A DNA stretch of 64,000 nt from Candidatus Magasanikiibacteriota bacterium. GTDB taxonomy: Bacteria; Patescibacteriota; Patescibacteriia; Magasanikbacterales; UBA922. The stretch lies in the NCBI GenBank assembly GCA_016193335.1, contig JACPSK010000001.1, positions 343,424 to 407,423 on the forward strand. Reading direction: 5' to 3'. The notes beneath the pieces are model-generated. The model saw only the letters and a list, made by a program, of their open reading frames with translations, was not told the origin of the DNA and did no database searches. How positions within the stretch are numbered: the first letter of the stretch is position 1; every line of letters starts with the position of its first letter. The translations under genes were made by a program, and so were the position numbers. This document shows positions 30,527-39,961 of the stretch, piece by piece.

Positions 30527-30675
30527 AAAATAAAAAAATAATAAAGCGAAATAGTGCTGCCGAGATTCACCGCTTGAGATATATGATTGTTTTCCCGGAA
30601 TTTCATTCCGACCAAATCAAAATCCCAAGTCGAGACAAAAATCTTGACTGACAAAATGTATGGTCCAGATCCGGC

Positions 30676-31506
30676 TCAATCCAATCGCTGAAATAAATCC
30701 TTCCACTGCGCAAGACTGAGTTCTTGAGCTCGTATTTTTTCGTTTCCGGCTACTTCAAAGAGCTCCCCCTTAACTCGTTCTTGAGGTATATTCAAAACCG
30801 TGCAGATATTTCTCCAGGCTTGTTTGCGTTTATTGGAAAAAGCCGCACGGATCAGATTGAAAAAAGCCTCGTTGTTTTGGTTTCTATGTATATCTGTAAT
30901 TAAAATAATAGAAGAGTCCACCTTTGGCTGAGGCCAAAAAGCGCCTCTCGGTACTTGGGCTATAACCTGAGGATGGCCAAAATATTGTACTGAAACAGAC
31001 AAAATACTCATGTCTCCCGCCTTGGCGCAGATCCGTTCTGCCACTTCCTTTTGAACCATACAGGCTACAAGCCGTGGCAGGTTCTTGAGTTCAAAAAGCG
31101 TTCTAAAAGTCTGAGACGTTATCTGGTACGGGAGATTGGCCAAAACTTTGTATGGCCGAGTCTCAATATCCGGAAAAACAGGCAGGGCATTGAGAGCATT
31201 GCCCCATATAATATGTATATTTTTATGTTTCTCCGTTAGACCCTCCCAATACGGCTTGAGTCTCTGCTCAATTTCAAAGGCATACACGCGCTCGACTTTC
31301 TCTGAAACCGGAAGAGTCAAAGATCCAAAGCCCGGCCCTATTTCCACAATTGTGTCAGTGTTTTTGAGGTCGGCGGCCTTCATCATTTTTGCGACAGGAG
31401 CGGGGGAAATCAAAAAATGCTGGCCATAACGCTTGCTCGGACTGAACCCGTATTGCGCGCACAATTCTTTTAGATGAAAAGGTTTATATAAAAAATCAAA
31501 GTCCAT
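30676..31506 (-). CDS. rsmA: 16S rRNA (adenine1518/1519-N6)-dimethyltransferase
   Basis: GQHFL motif and SAM-binding VEIGPGFGSLT; 276 aa. Confidence 0.85.
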   Translation of the reverse strand: MDFDFLYKPFHLKELCAQYGFSPSKRYGQHFLISPAPVAKMMKAADLKNTDTIVEIGPGFGSLTLPVSEKVERVYAFEIEQRLKPYWEGLTEKHKNIHIIWGNALNALPVFPDIETRPYKVLANLPYQITSQTFRTLFELKNLPRLVACMVQKEVAERICAKAGDMSILSVSVQYFGHPQVIAQVPRGAFWPQPKVDSSIILITDIHRNQNNEAFFNLIRAAFSNKRKQAWRNICTVLNIPQERVKGELFEVAGNEKIRAQELSLAQWKDLFQRLD

Positions 31507-31598
31507 ACTTTAATACTGAATACCGATTAAACTAGAGCCCCAGCTCAAAAGGCTGTCTTAATTTTTAATTTGAAATTTTCAATTTTTAAACTCCAATT

Positions 31599-32756
31599 TT
31601 ATGGGGAGTCAATCTTTAATCCTGCTTCTGTATAACGATTGGCCGCGTTCCACAAAAGCCAGCCCCCCTTTGTGTATTGTTCCACCGTGTCAATTTCGGC
31701 TCTTATTTTGTCCGCGTCATAATAAGCTCCCAGATGAAAAGCTTGAATCCACGGTCTCAATTTCGCGCGTTTATCTTGAAAAAAACCAATACCTTTTTTC
31801 ATTCCATTATCTATAACAGCGGCCGGGTGTTCAGCAGGATTTGCCAGCCCCAAATGTCCGGTAGGATAATGGGAGGGATACATCATCGGCGAGATGTAAT
31901 CCACATAATCCACCGCGTCTTCGAGACGCTGGCCTATAGACATGCCGTCGTAGCGCTCCATGACAAAACCGAACATATCAATGGAAATCCAGGCCGGTAG
32001 ATCGGAAAGTTGTTCATCGAGATAGCTAAAAAATGCTTTCATTATTTCGTGACGTTTTTGCGCTCCATTAGAATAAACCACAAGGCTTATGTTCCCATCC
32101 GAAGGGAAGCGGACATAGTCAAAATTAATTTCGTCAAAGCCCAAACGAATGGCCTCCTTCGTGAGCGCCACATTATAACGCCATACTCCTTGTTCAGTAG
32201 GGTCTACCCAGGCAAGACCCAAATTGTCTCTCCACAATCCCCCCTTTTTGCTTTTAATCGCCCATTCGGGTTTGCGCTCCGCCAGAATCGGATCCTGAAA
32301 CACGGTCTGCCGCGCGATAACATATATATCGTGTTCATGAAATTTTTTTATAAGAGCTCCCAAATCCCCTATTCTGTTTTCTTCCGTTTTGAGCGTGTTT
32401 ACCATAAGCAGATTGCTGTCATAGAGCACTTTCCCGCTGTAATCTTTTATATCAATAACCACTGCGTTGAGTTCCGTACGATCCATGAGATCTATAATCT
32501 TATCGACGGTCCCAATATTTCCCGCTGAATAAGCGGTAAGATAAAGGCCTTTAGCTTCTCGCTTGGCAGGCTTCATTTTTTTCTTCTGCAAAATAAGTTC
32601 AGGCCGATTTTTGACAACAGGCGTTATGTCTGCGGTGAGAGATACTTCTTCGGCGGCCTGCAGGGCTTCAGTCCATTGCCAGACAATCAACAAAGCAGAG
32701 CCCAGAGAGACTGCCAGCAACACTATGGCGTAGAGCCTTGGGTGTTTTGTATTCAT
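31599..32756 (-). CDS. Membrane-anchored putative glycoside-hydrolase-like TIM-barrel protein (TM1410/GHL-type)
   Basis: N-terminal TM, then a LYLTAYSAG..LNAVVIDIKD..GKVLYDS pattern. Family assignment made by eye only. Confidence 0.4.
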   Translation of the reverse strand: MNTKHPRLYAIVLLAVSLGSALLIVWQWTEALQAAEEVSLTADITPVVKNRPELILQKKKMKPAKREAKGLYLTAYSAGNIGTVDKIIDLMDRTELNAVVIDIKDYSGKVLYDSNLLMVNTLKTEENRIGDLGALIKKFHEHDIYVIARQTVFQDPILAERKPEWAIKSKKGGLWRDNLGLAWVDPTEQGVWRYNVALTKEAIRLGFDEINFDYVRFPSDGNISLVVYSNGAQKRHEIMKAFFSYLDEQLSDLPAWISIDMFGFVMERYDGMSIGQRLEDAVDYVDYISPMMYPSHYPTGHLGLANPAEHPAAVIDNGMKKGIGFFQDKRAKLRPWIQAFHLGAYYDADKIRAEIDTVEQYTKGGWLLWNAANRYTEAGLKIDSP

Positions 32757-32762
32757 AGCTCT

Positions 32763-33374
32763 CTAAACAAACTCAAGAATAATTTCTCCTTGTCGAATAA
32801 TTTCAGCCTTCCCGTTGCGGATCCGCACAACCGTGGATGGACTATTGTATGGAAGCTCGCCCGCGTCAATGATGATATCAGGTTGGAGATTTTGATTCTG
32901 AAACATGGCGATAACATCCTCAATATGATAAGGGTTCTCGAATGAAGCCAAATTCGCCGAGGTGGAGACGAGGGGCTTGCCCAATCTTCGGCTTATCTCG
33001 GCGGCGAACTCGTGCTTCGTAATTCTAAAAGCCAAACTTCCGTCCGAAGCGACGACTCCATTCGCGAGAGAGGAAGAATGTTTTGCCGGAACCACAACCG
33101 TGAGAGGGCCGGGCCAGTATTTGCGCGAAATCTCTTCAAGCGCCGGACTCCAATCCACATATTCAGCCATCATGGCAGGGTCGCTCGCCACCACAAGCAA
33201 AGGCTTGTCCTTTTGTCTATTCTTAATTTCAAAAATACGGTTCACGGCTTCTTGGTTTCCGGCGTCACAGCCCAAACCGTAACAGGTTTCAGTGGGATAA
33301 ACCATAGACGCGCCTTGTCTCAGAAGCTCGAGCAATTCATCTATAGATGTTTCCGTTTTTTTTATTAGACGCAT
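32763..33374 (-). CDS. tsaC: L-threonylcarbamoyladenylate synthase (YrdC/TsaC)
   Basis: YPTETCYGLGCDAGNQEAVNRIFEIKNR signature; 203 aa. Confidence 0.8.
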   Translation of the reverse strand: MRLIKKTETSIDELLELLRQGASMVYPTETCYGLGCDAGNQEAVNRIFEIKNRQKDKPLLVVASDPAMMAEYVDWSPALEEISRKYWPGPLTVVVPAKHSSSLANGVVASDGSLAFRITKHEFAAEISRRLGKPLVSTSANLASFENPYHIEDVIAMFQNQNLQPDIIIDAGELPYNSPSTVVRIRNGKAEIIRQGEIILEFV

Positions 33375-34380
33375 AGTGCAATCCCTTTGCTATTCCATAT
33401 AATCTGTAAACGCCAGGTCGTAAAATCACATCAAAGGCATCCGGATACTGAAAAGGTTTGCCGCCAAACCCCGCTTTAAATCTGGTAATACCGCCCCAAG
33501 GATGCCCTTGAGACCAACATAGCCCATTAAAACAGATTTTCACGTCTGAACCTGAAGGCGACGAGTCTGCTTCCTGGTTTGTTGGAGCTATGCCCCAAAA
33601 ATCGAAGGTTTTCGCTCCCAACACTTCTGCCTTTTTTATAGCCGTCCACATCAAGAGATAAGGGGCCATGGCGTTTCTGTGTTTGTCCGAGGAAGCTCCA
33701 TGCAGATAAGTGAAACGGTCTGCGCACCATATATATATATTGCTCGCGATTGTCTCCCCTTTCCAACGCGCGTTCAGTTGAAAAATGGAATCCGTTTCCA
33801 GCATCTTCTTGTAATACTCCTTTGGATGTCCACCGAAACCGTCCCTTCGCGATGTCTCTTTGTGTAAAAGCCAAAACAAATCCGCGTTTTTTTCTTCATC
33901 TATTTCCAAACCTTTTTTAAGGGCCAAACCTATATTATACCGTGTCTTATGATGCATCTCTCCCAAAAGCTCCTTTTCCGATTTATCCAAATCCAAAAAA
34001 AGCGTGGAGGCGGGCTGTCTTGGATGTATATTTCGGATTTCTGGGTCAGGGGAAATATCGCGACTCTGCCATTCGGCCGGCTCTATTCTCATAAAAGAAT
34101 AAGAACGAGAAAGGCAACGATCCCGAAGATTCCTTAGCCAGATTTTAGAGCATACGACGCGGGGTATATATAAGTACTTTAGACCCAAAGCGAGCCGGTG
34201 CTCAAAACCCTGAAATAAAGCCACTGCCTCCCCTCGCTCTTCTCCAACGAGACGCAAGACTGTCTTGCCGGTCTTTTTTTGAAATTCTCCCCATTCCCAG
34301 GATTGCAAAAATTCCTTCACGCTCAGATCCGCGAAGGCCGTATTCCATTCATTTTTGTCGTAAACTTCGCGGAGATTCAT
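33337..34380 (-). CDS. FemAB-family peptidoglycan peptide-bridge aminoacyltransferase
   Basis: FemAB N-terminal signature (FLQSWEWGEFQKKTG), GNAT-like duplicated fold length of 347 aa. Overlaps the tsaC start. Confidence 0.65.
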   Translation of the reverse strand: MNLREVYDKNEWNTAFADLSVKEFLQSWEWGEFQKKTGKTVLRLVGEERGEAVALFQGFEHRLALGLKYLYIPRVVCSKIWLRNLRDRCLSRSYSFMRIEPAEWQSRDISPDPEIRNIHPRQPASTLFLDLDKSEKELLGEMHHKTRYNIGLALKKGLEIDEEKNADLFWLLHKETSRRDGFGGHPKEYYKKMLETDSIFQLNARWKGETIASNIYIWCADRFTYLHGASSDKHRNAMAPYLLMWTAIKKAEVLGAKTFDFWGIAPTNQEADSSPSGSDVKICFNGLCWSQGHPWGGITRFKAGFGGKPFQYPDAFDVILRPGVYRLYGIAKGLHYASNKKNGNIYR

Positions 34381-34502
34381 GTTGCTATGATAGCCAAAAT
34401 TGCCCTATTTGGCAATGGAGGAGATAGAGCTTTGGCCAGGGCTTGATTTTTCTATCCTAACAGTATATAGTGTGTCTTGTAATTTATATAAATCATATTG
34501 AT

Positions 34503-34739
34503 ATGGGCTTACCGTCAAAGCGACGCACCAGGACCTCTAAAAGACAGCGGGCATCTCACTTTGCTTTAAAAGAATCAAATCTCAGACGCTGCGACAACTG
34601 TAAATCCCCCATTATCCCCCATCAGGCTTGTGGAAAATGCGGGAATTACCGAGGCAGGACAGTGCTCAACGTCAAAAAAAGAACAGAGCGATCCTTACGA
34701 AATAGACCCCGAACTCGAGAAAAAATGAAAGAATCCTAA
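34503..34739 (+). CDS. rpmF: 50S ribosomal protein L32
   Basis: [23 protein letters not shown] ... [23 protein letters not shown] is the L32 signature with a zinc ribbon. Start set at ATG 34503. Confidence 0.8.
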   Translation: MGLPSKRRTRTSKRQRASHFALKESNLRRCDNCKSPIIPHQACGKCGNYRGRTVLNVKKRTERSLRNRPRTREKMKES

Positions 34740-34740
34740 T

Positions 34741-35178
34741 ATGTCCAAAAGACATCTTGCTCGTGAAATTATAATACAGTCTCTCTATCAGTGGGATTTC
34801 CGCGACCGACCCACGGCCGCTCTGCCCGCAATCATAGAGCAAAATGTTTCTGAATTTGGAATGGGTATAGAAGACAACCTGGATTATATACAAAAAACAA
34901 TAGAGGGCATCACAGACAAACAAGAAGAAATAGATCTTATTATCGCCGAGTACGCTTCAAATTGGCCTCTTGACCAAATGACATTGGTGGACAGAAACAT
35001 ACTCAGACTTGGCATATATGAAATGAAATATAATGATGATATACCGCCAAAAGTGGCCATAAACGAATCCATAGAATTGGCAAAGGCTTATGGGGGTCCT
35101 TCTTCAGGCAAATTCGTAAATGGCGTTTTGGGAGCTTTTTACCATAAAGTATTTAAAGAAAAAGAAACTCATTCATAA
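34741..35178 (+). CDS. nusB: Transcription antitermination factor NusB
   Basis: [20 protein letters not shown] ... all-helical, 145 aa. Confidence 0.8.
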   Translation: MSKRHLAREIIIQSLYQWDFRDRPTAALPAIIEQNVSEFGMGIEDNLDYIQKTIEGITDKQEEIDLIIAEYASNWPLDQMTLVDRNILRLGIYEMKYNDDIPPKVAINESIELAKAYGGPSSGKFVNGVLGAFYHKVFKEKETHS

Positions 35179-35369
35179 ATAAAGCATCCGATTTGCCAGC
35201 ATCTAACATAATAATGAATGTTAGATGCTGTGAATTAGGAAACGGACATGCACGAGAATATACGCGGGGCAAAGCCTAAAATAAAAAAGGCAAAATCCAC
35301 CACGCAAAAGCTCACATTTCCTAATTCACAGTATAGGCTGAAAATCGCGTGTTAACATAATAATATCTT

Positions 35370-36131
35370 ATGGCTGTCCCGTCCTATACTGAAAAAAATT
35401 TCAAGGCTCTGGAAGAATCCATCGGAATTTCATTCAAAAATCCAGACCATATCGTCCAGGCTCTCGTACACCGATCATTCCTCAATGAAAATAGAGAGTT
35501 TCCCCTCGCGCATAACGAACGATTGGAATTTTTGGGAGACGCGGTGCTTGAACTTGTAGTAACAGAATTTCTCTTCGAAAACTATCTCAACCCTGAAGGA
35601 GAACTCACCAACTGGAGGGCGGCTTTGGTAAATTCCAAAATGTGCGCGAGCGTGGCGAGGGAAATAGGGTTTGAACCGTATCTTTTCTTGAGTCATGGAG
35701 AATCAAAAGACGAAAACACCAAAGCCCGCGACTATATTTTGGCGAACGCTTTGGAGGCTGTCATAGGATCTATTTATATAGATCAAGGCTGGGACATCGC
35801 GAAACAATTCGTAACTCGCTGGGTTATCAGCAAACTGCCGGAAGTCTTGGAGCATGGTCTTTGGATGGATCCAAAATCACGCTTCCAAGAAGCGGCCCAG
35901 GAAATTATCGGCATCACGCCGACTTATAAAGTTATAAAAGAAGAAGGGCCAGACCATGCGAAAGAATTTCTTGTGGGCGTTTTCCTAGGCAAAGAAGAAG
36001 TGGCAGAGGGCCAAGGAGGAAGCAAACAGGAAGCTCAAATCGACGCTGCCGAGCATGCTCTTAAAGTTAAAAAATGGAAAGGGCCAAAAGTAGACATCCT
36101 GGAAAGAAAACCGGAGGACCCAATAGGCTAA
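35370..36131 (+). CDS. rnc: Ribonuclease III
   Basis: Catalytic signature ERLEFLGDAVLELVV plus a C-terminal dsRBD. Confidence 0.85.
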   Translation: MAVPSYTEKNFKALEESIGISFKNPDHIVQALVHRSFLNENREFPLAHNERLEFLGDAVLELVVTEFLFENYLNPEGELTNWRAALVNSKMCASVAREIGFEPYLFLSHGESKDENTKARDYILANALEAVIGSIYIDQGWDIAKQFVTRWVISKLPEVLEHGLWMDPKSRFQEAAQEIIGITPTYKVIKEEGPDHAKEFLVGVFLGKEEVAEGQGGSKQEAQIDAAEHALKVKKWKGPKVDILERKPEDPIG

Positions 36132-36180
36132 GCCAAAAAAATACGCGCGTCGTGACATATAATACAAGCGTCCGTGGTAT

Positions 36181-36253
36181 GGGTCGCTAGCTCAGCTGGT
36201 AGAGCAGTTGCCTCTTAAGCAAACGGTCCCGGGTTCGAGCCCCGGGCGACCCA
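36181..36253 (+). tRNA. tRNA-Lys (anticodon CTT)
   Basis: Acceptor gggtcgc/gcgaccc, D-arm agctcagctggtagagc, anticodon loop ctCTTaa, T-arm gggttcgagcccc. No encoded CCA. Confidence 0.75.
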
Positions 36254-36298
36254 CTCGTCTTCGCCAAGCTTGCCCGGCCTAGTTTTAGCGAAGCCTGT

Positions 36299-36373
36299 GC
36301 CCTCATAGTTCAATGGATAGAACATCGGTCTTCGGAACCGAATATGGGGGTTCGATTCCCTCTGAGGGCACCA
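36299..36373 (+). tRNA. tRNA-Arg (anticodon TCG; anticodon assignment tentative), CCA encoded
   Basis: Acceptor gccctca/tgagggc, T-arm gggggttcgattccctc, anticodon stem tcggt/accga with loop ctTCGga, 3' CCA. Confidence 0.6.
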
Positions 36374-36417
36374 AAATCTGACTTTCTGCAAGCAAAATTC
36401 AGCAAGCAGTACTTTTT

Positions 36418-37776
36418 ATGGCAACAGACACCGACAGGCGCGGAAGCGCGTATAGCTTAGTATTTTTTATTATCGCGATGGCATTGTTTTTTGCCTCGCA
36501 CCCGGCCGCCGCTCAAACCTGCCCGCTTGGGACGCAACAAGCGTATAAAGCTCCGGGGGCATCGTCAGTGTATTATATAACCGATGCCTGTACCAAGCGT
36601 GCGTTTACAAACTCCAAAATATTTTTTACTTATTTTCCAAAATGGGATTATGTGGCGGGCGCGCCGGTACAACTGTTTCAATCCATTCCAAATGATCCGC
36701 TCGGTTTTATGCCATATGGACCCTTATACGATCCGCAGTACGGCGCTCTGGTGAAAATCGTGAATGATCCAAAAGTGTATTTGCTCCTTGGCGGAGAAAA
36801 ATACTGGATCAGGTCTGAAGAGGTGTTTAACGCACTCAATTATCAATGGGATTGGATCGAAGATATTGATACGCGCCTGCTCGACAAATACGCGACCGGA
36901 AGTGAGATCACTGACACCACGCGACACCCGAATTTTACGCTTATAAAATACGCGGACAGTCCGAATGTATATCGGCTTGAGGATAAAAATGCTGCGCAGA
37001 TAAAACGCCACATCACCGACGAAACAGTATTCGCCAAACTTGGTTTCCGGCTGGACCGCATTGTAACGATTCAAAAATCCGAAGCCTATCCTGACGGCGC
37101 GCCGCTCACAGACAAAGATGTGAAACCAGCGCCGCGGGCAGACGAAGCCCTGCCCTGGGGGGAGCTGGCCTGTGAAAAAAATCCGAATCCGGTGTTTACG
37201 CGCATGATCGTTGAACCGGCTATGGTCACGAATATCCTTCCTCCGCCCAATATCCATAAAGCGAGCGGCCATCTGAAAACACACAGCTACATTAGCACAA
37301 CAAAAATCGGCGTCCCCATTTATGCACCCGTTGATATGGAACTTTTCAAAGGATCACATTATGTGGGAGGTCCCTACTATTTGGATTTTAGGATAAGCTG
37401 TGAAGTGCGCCTGCGCGTGGCCCACATAGATCCGGTGCAAAAAATAAAAGACTTCTTCCCCGCTGAGGCAATTCTCAACGCTCCGGAAACCGAAATTAAA
37501 CCGGCGATGAAATTCAAAGCAGGCGATGTGATCGCGTATGTGTATCAGGACCAAGGAGTTTTAAACGTTGGCTTGGATTTCGGCGTATACCATTCCGAGC
37601 GTCCGAACAAGTATGTCGAGAGCTCTGACCCTATCGTCAAACAAAGCGACATTAACACGAATGCCGTCTGTCCCTATAGTTTCTTTACCAAAATACTCGA
37701 GTCCGCGTACCGCGCGAAATTCAATCTCGAAATCCATGAGGGGATGAAAAAAGATGGATCTTCGTTTTGCGAGTAG
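36418..37776 (+). CDS. Secreted hypothetical protein
   Basis: Signal peptide (FFIIAMALFFASHPAAAQTCP); 452 aa; no motif recognised with confidence. Confidence 0.4.
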   Translation: MATDTDRRGSAYSLVFFIIAMALFFASHPAAAQTCPLGTQQAYKAPGASSVYYITDACTKRAFTNSKIFFTYFPKWDYVAGAPVQLFQSIPNDPLGFMPYGPLYDPQYGALVKIVNDPKVYLLLGGEKYWIRSEEVFNALNYQWDWIEDIDTRLLDKYATGSEITDTTRHPNFTLIKYADSPNVYRLEDKNAAQIKRHITDETVFAKLGFRLDRIVTIQKSEAYPDGAPLTDKDVKPAPRADEALPWGELACEKNPNPVFTRMIVEPAMVTNILPPPNIHKASGHLKTHSYISTTKIGVPIYAPVDMELFKGSHYVGGPYYLDFRISCEVRLRVAHIDPVQKIKDFFPAEAILNAPETEIKPAMKFKAGDVIAYVYQDQGVLNVGLDFGVYHSERPNKYVESSDPIVKQSDINTNAVCPYSFFTKILESAYRAKFNLEIHEGMKKDGSSFCE

Positions 37777-37929
37777 AATATACTGAAGATATACCTGAGT
37801 GACTTCGAAAAATCGAACAAAAATTGACCAAACTTTTGAGAGCCAAGATAATAAGCGGCATGCAGTGCCGCCTATTATTTTATTAGAAAAATTCAGAAAT
37901 TTAGTATCCTGACACGATAAGGTAAAGCC

Positions 37930-39933
37930 TCATTCCAATAAAATTTCATCACCTACCACGATAAAAGACCTGCCGGTCTGAATATCAAGGGCCTGCCCGC
38001 GCACATGCGAAGTAAGATTGGATTGAGTGGGATTTCTTTTATTCAAACTTATACTGAATTCCAAAGCTAAAACATCAAGACTTCTTGGCATGGAGTCAAT
38101 ACGCCAGATCAACTTTTTATCTTCTGCTTTGTACTCAATTTTGCCCGCAGGAATCGAAACGCTCGATTCGTCAAAACTAAGATCTCCGTATAGGTCTGTT
38201 GAAAGTTCAATATCCTTTAAATCATGAAAACTATTTTTTAGAAGCCAGGTAATGTTGTGTTTTTCAACTCCGTTTTTTTGCTCTTTCTCATCGCGGACTT
38301 CTACGCGGGTATCGGAATGAAAACTGAGCCCGACCGTATTACTGCTCAAAGTCTCGACCTCGTCCGAATCTGGTTTGCTATAAGCCAGCTGGGTTGAAAT
38401 TGAACCCACATAAGATAGAAAAGCGCCAAGATCAATTTGTTCGCTGTCGCGAACCGGCAATCTGACATCAATAGTGATTTTTTCTCCCGGAGAAAGTTGA
38501 GCCAATTCTGGCTGATGTTTTTTGGACCAACTGATATATCCTCTCCTCAATTCCTCGCTTGTCTGCTCCCCCACGATATCTCCGTCAAGCGGATCTTCGA
38601 GCGACTGCCAGGCGTATATACTGCTTTTATTGAATGAAGGGCCCTCAAACATGGTCCGGAGTTTAAGTTCTTCAAAAGTTATGGTTCCAGAATTTTCGAG
38701 GATTATGCTGACGTTGAGAAAATCTCCGGGTTGGGTATCCAAATCCTCCGCGCTTCCGTTTACAATGGTCCTAAGCAGAATGTCGAGATCATTAAGTTTA
38801 ATTTCCCGCCGCTCCGAAAGGTATAAAACTTCGCGATCAGGATATAAACCGCTCAAACTGAAACGCAGAGCCGGAGCGGCTTCCTCAGAGCCTGTCGCGG
38901 TAAATACACCTTTTATCGATATGGATTGAGCGGCTTTTAATTCACTAAAAATCCATTCTTGTTTTGTCTTATCAGCAAGCTCTGGCTCGGCCGACAGTAT
39001 GGAAAACTCCCCCTCCGGTTCCAGACGCAAAACAATTTTGTCGGGTTTTTGTCCCGTCAAAAATTCAGGGACTGACTCTAGGACCACTTCATAGATTTCT
39101 TCAGCTCCGGCATGAGTTTCTGAAGGAGCTTTAAGCGCCAAAGTATAAGGGGCCCCCGCCAGCTTTGTCTCGGCTGTCTCCACTTTTTGGAAAGTGGAAC
39201 TGAAATTTTCCGGCTGATAATTGAAAAATAATCTAAAAGAATGATTCGACCCTGCATCTCCTATCAAAACACCCCGTATATCAAAATACCCGCTTTCTTG
39301 AGGACCCAAAAAACCAAGATCCCAATGACTATTGTCCTCGTTCGAAGCTGGCTTGGTGCTGCTTACAAAACGAAATTGTTCAGGATATTTTATGTCAAGC
39401 CCGGCCTGTTTTAGGGCAAAATTTTGAGCGTTTCTATAACGAACGCGATAATTCAATTCCTGGCCTATCGCGGCCTCTTCCGGGCCGGAAATGCTTATAA
39501 CGATGTCCTGCTCGGAAAACTGGCTCCTGGGCTGTAAAACCGCGAAACCAAGCCAAGAAACTCCGATCAAAAACAAAAGCGAAAAAGCAAGAAAAACAAA
39601 GGCCCGTACTTTTCTTTTTTTCTTACCCCGAACAAAAGTCTTCATATCAGGCAAATTTCCGTTTTCGTCTTCATAAATAGCCGCTAATTCTTCCCCAACA
39701 GTTTTTTGGCTATTGATACCTTTCGTTTTAGAAAAATACTTCTTGTGCCCTCGCCGCGGTATGACAGAATCCTTTTTCTCTCCGGGTTTCTCTGTGTCAA
39801 GAACATCTGCGGCCGAAGACTCTATATCTTTTTTTTCTTCTGAATCCGGAAGTATTTTTTTTACAAAAATATGAGATTCATGATGAATCTCTGCTTCTTC
39901 TTTTTTTGGCGTTTCTTCTTCAAGATGAGACAT
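37930..39933 (-). CDS. Bitopic membrane protein with a Lys/Glu-rich cytoplasmic N-terminus and a large extracytoplasmic domain
   Basis: Single TM (AFVFLAFSLLFLIGVSWLGFAVL) followed by about 540 aa of beta-rich sequence. Same strand as, and adjacent to, the gene at 39962-42469. Confidence 0.4.
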   Translation of the reverse strand: MSHLEEETPKKEEAEIHHESHIFVKKILPDSEEKKDIESSAADVLDTEKPGEKKDSVIPRRGHKKYFSKTKGINSQKTVGEELAAIYEDENGNLPDMKTFVRGKKKRKVRAFVFLAFSLLFLIGVSWLGFAVLQPRSQFSEQDIVISISGPEEAAIGQELNYRVRYRNAQNFALKQAGLDIKYPEQFRFVSSTKPASNEDNSHWDLGFLGPQESGYFDIRGVLIGDAGSNHSFRLFFNYQPENFSSTFQKVETAETKLAGAPYTLALKAPSETHAGAEEIYEVVLESVPEFLTGQKPDKIVLRLEPEGEFSILSAEPELADKTKQEWIFSELKAAQSISIKGVFTATGSEEAAPALRFSLSGLYPDREVLYLSERREIKLNDLDILLRTIVNGSAEDLDTQPGDFLNVSIILENSGTITFEELKLRTMFEGPSFNKSSIYAWQSLEDPLDGDIVGEQTSEELRRGYISWSKKHQPELAQLSPGEKITIDVRLPVRDSEQIDLGAFLSYVGSISTQLAYSKPDSDEVETLSSNTVGLSFHSDTRVEVRDEKEQKNGVEKHNITWLLKNSFHDLKDIELSTDLYGDLSFDESSVSIPAGKIEYKAEDKKLIWRIDSMPRSLDVLALEFSISLNKRNPTQSNLTSHVRGQALDIQTGRSFIVVGDEILLE

Positions 39934-39961
39934 ATTTTGTGAAAAACCTTATAATGCGCGG

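Noticed and set aside
35247-35351. 35-aa basic ORF (MHENIRGAKPKIKKAKSTTQKLTFPNSQYRLKIAC) inside the nusB-rnc hairpin region
   Set aside because: It has no resemblance to small ribosomal proteins and no SD. The region is better explained as RNA secondary structure.
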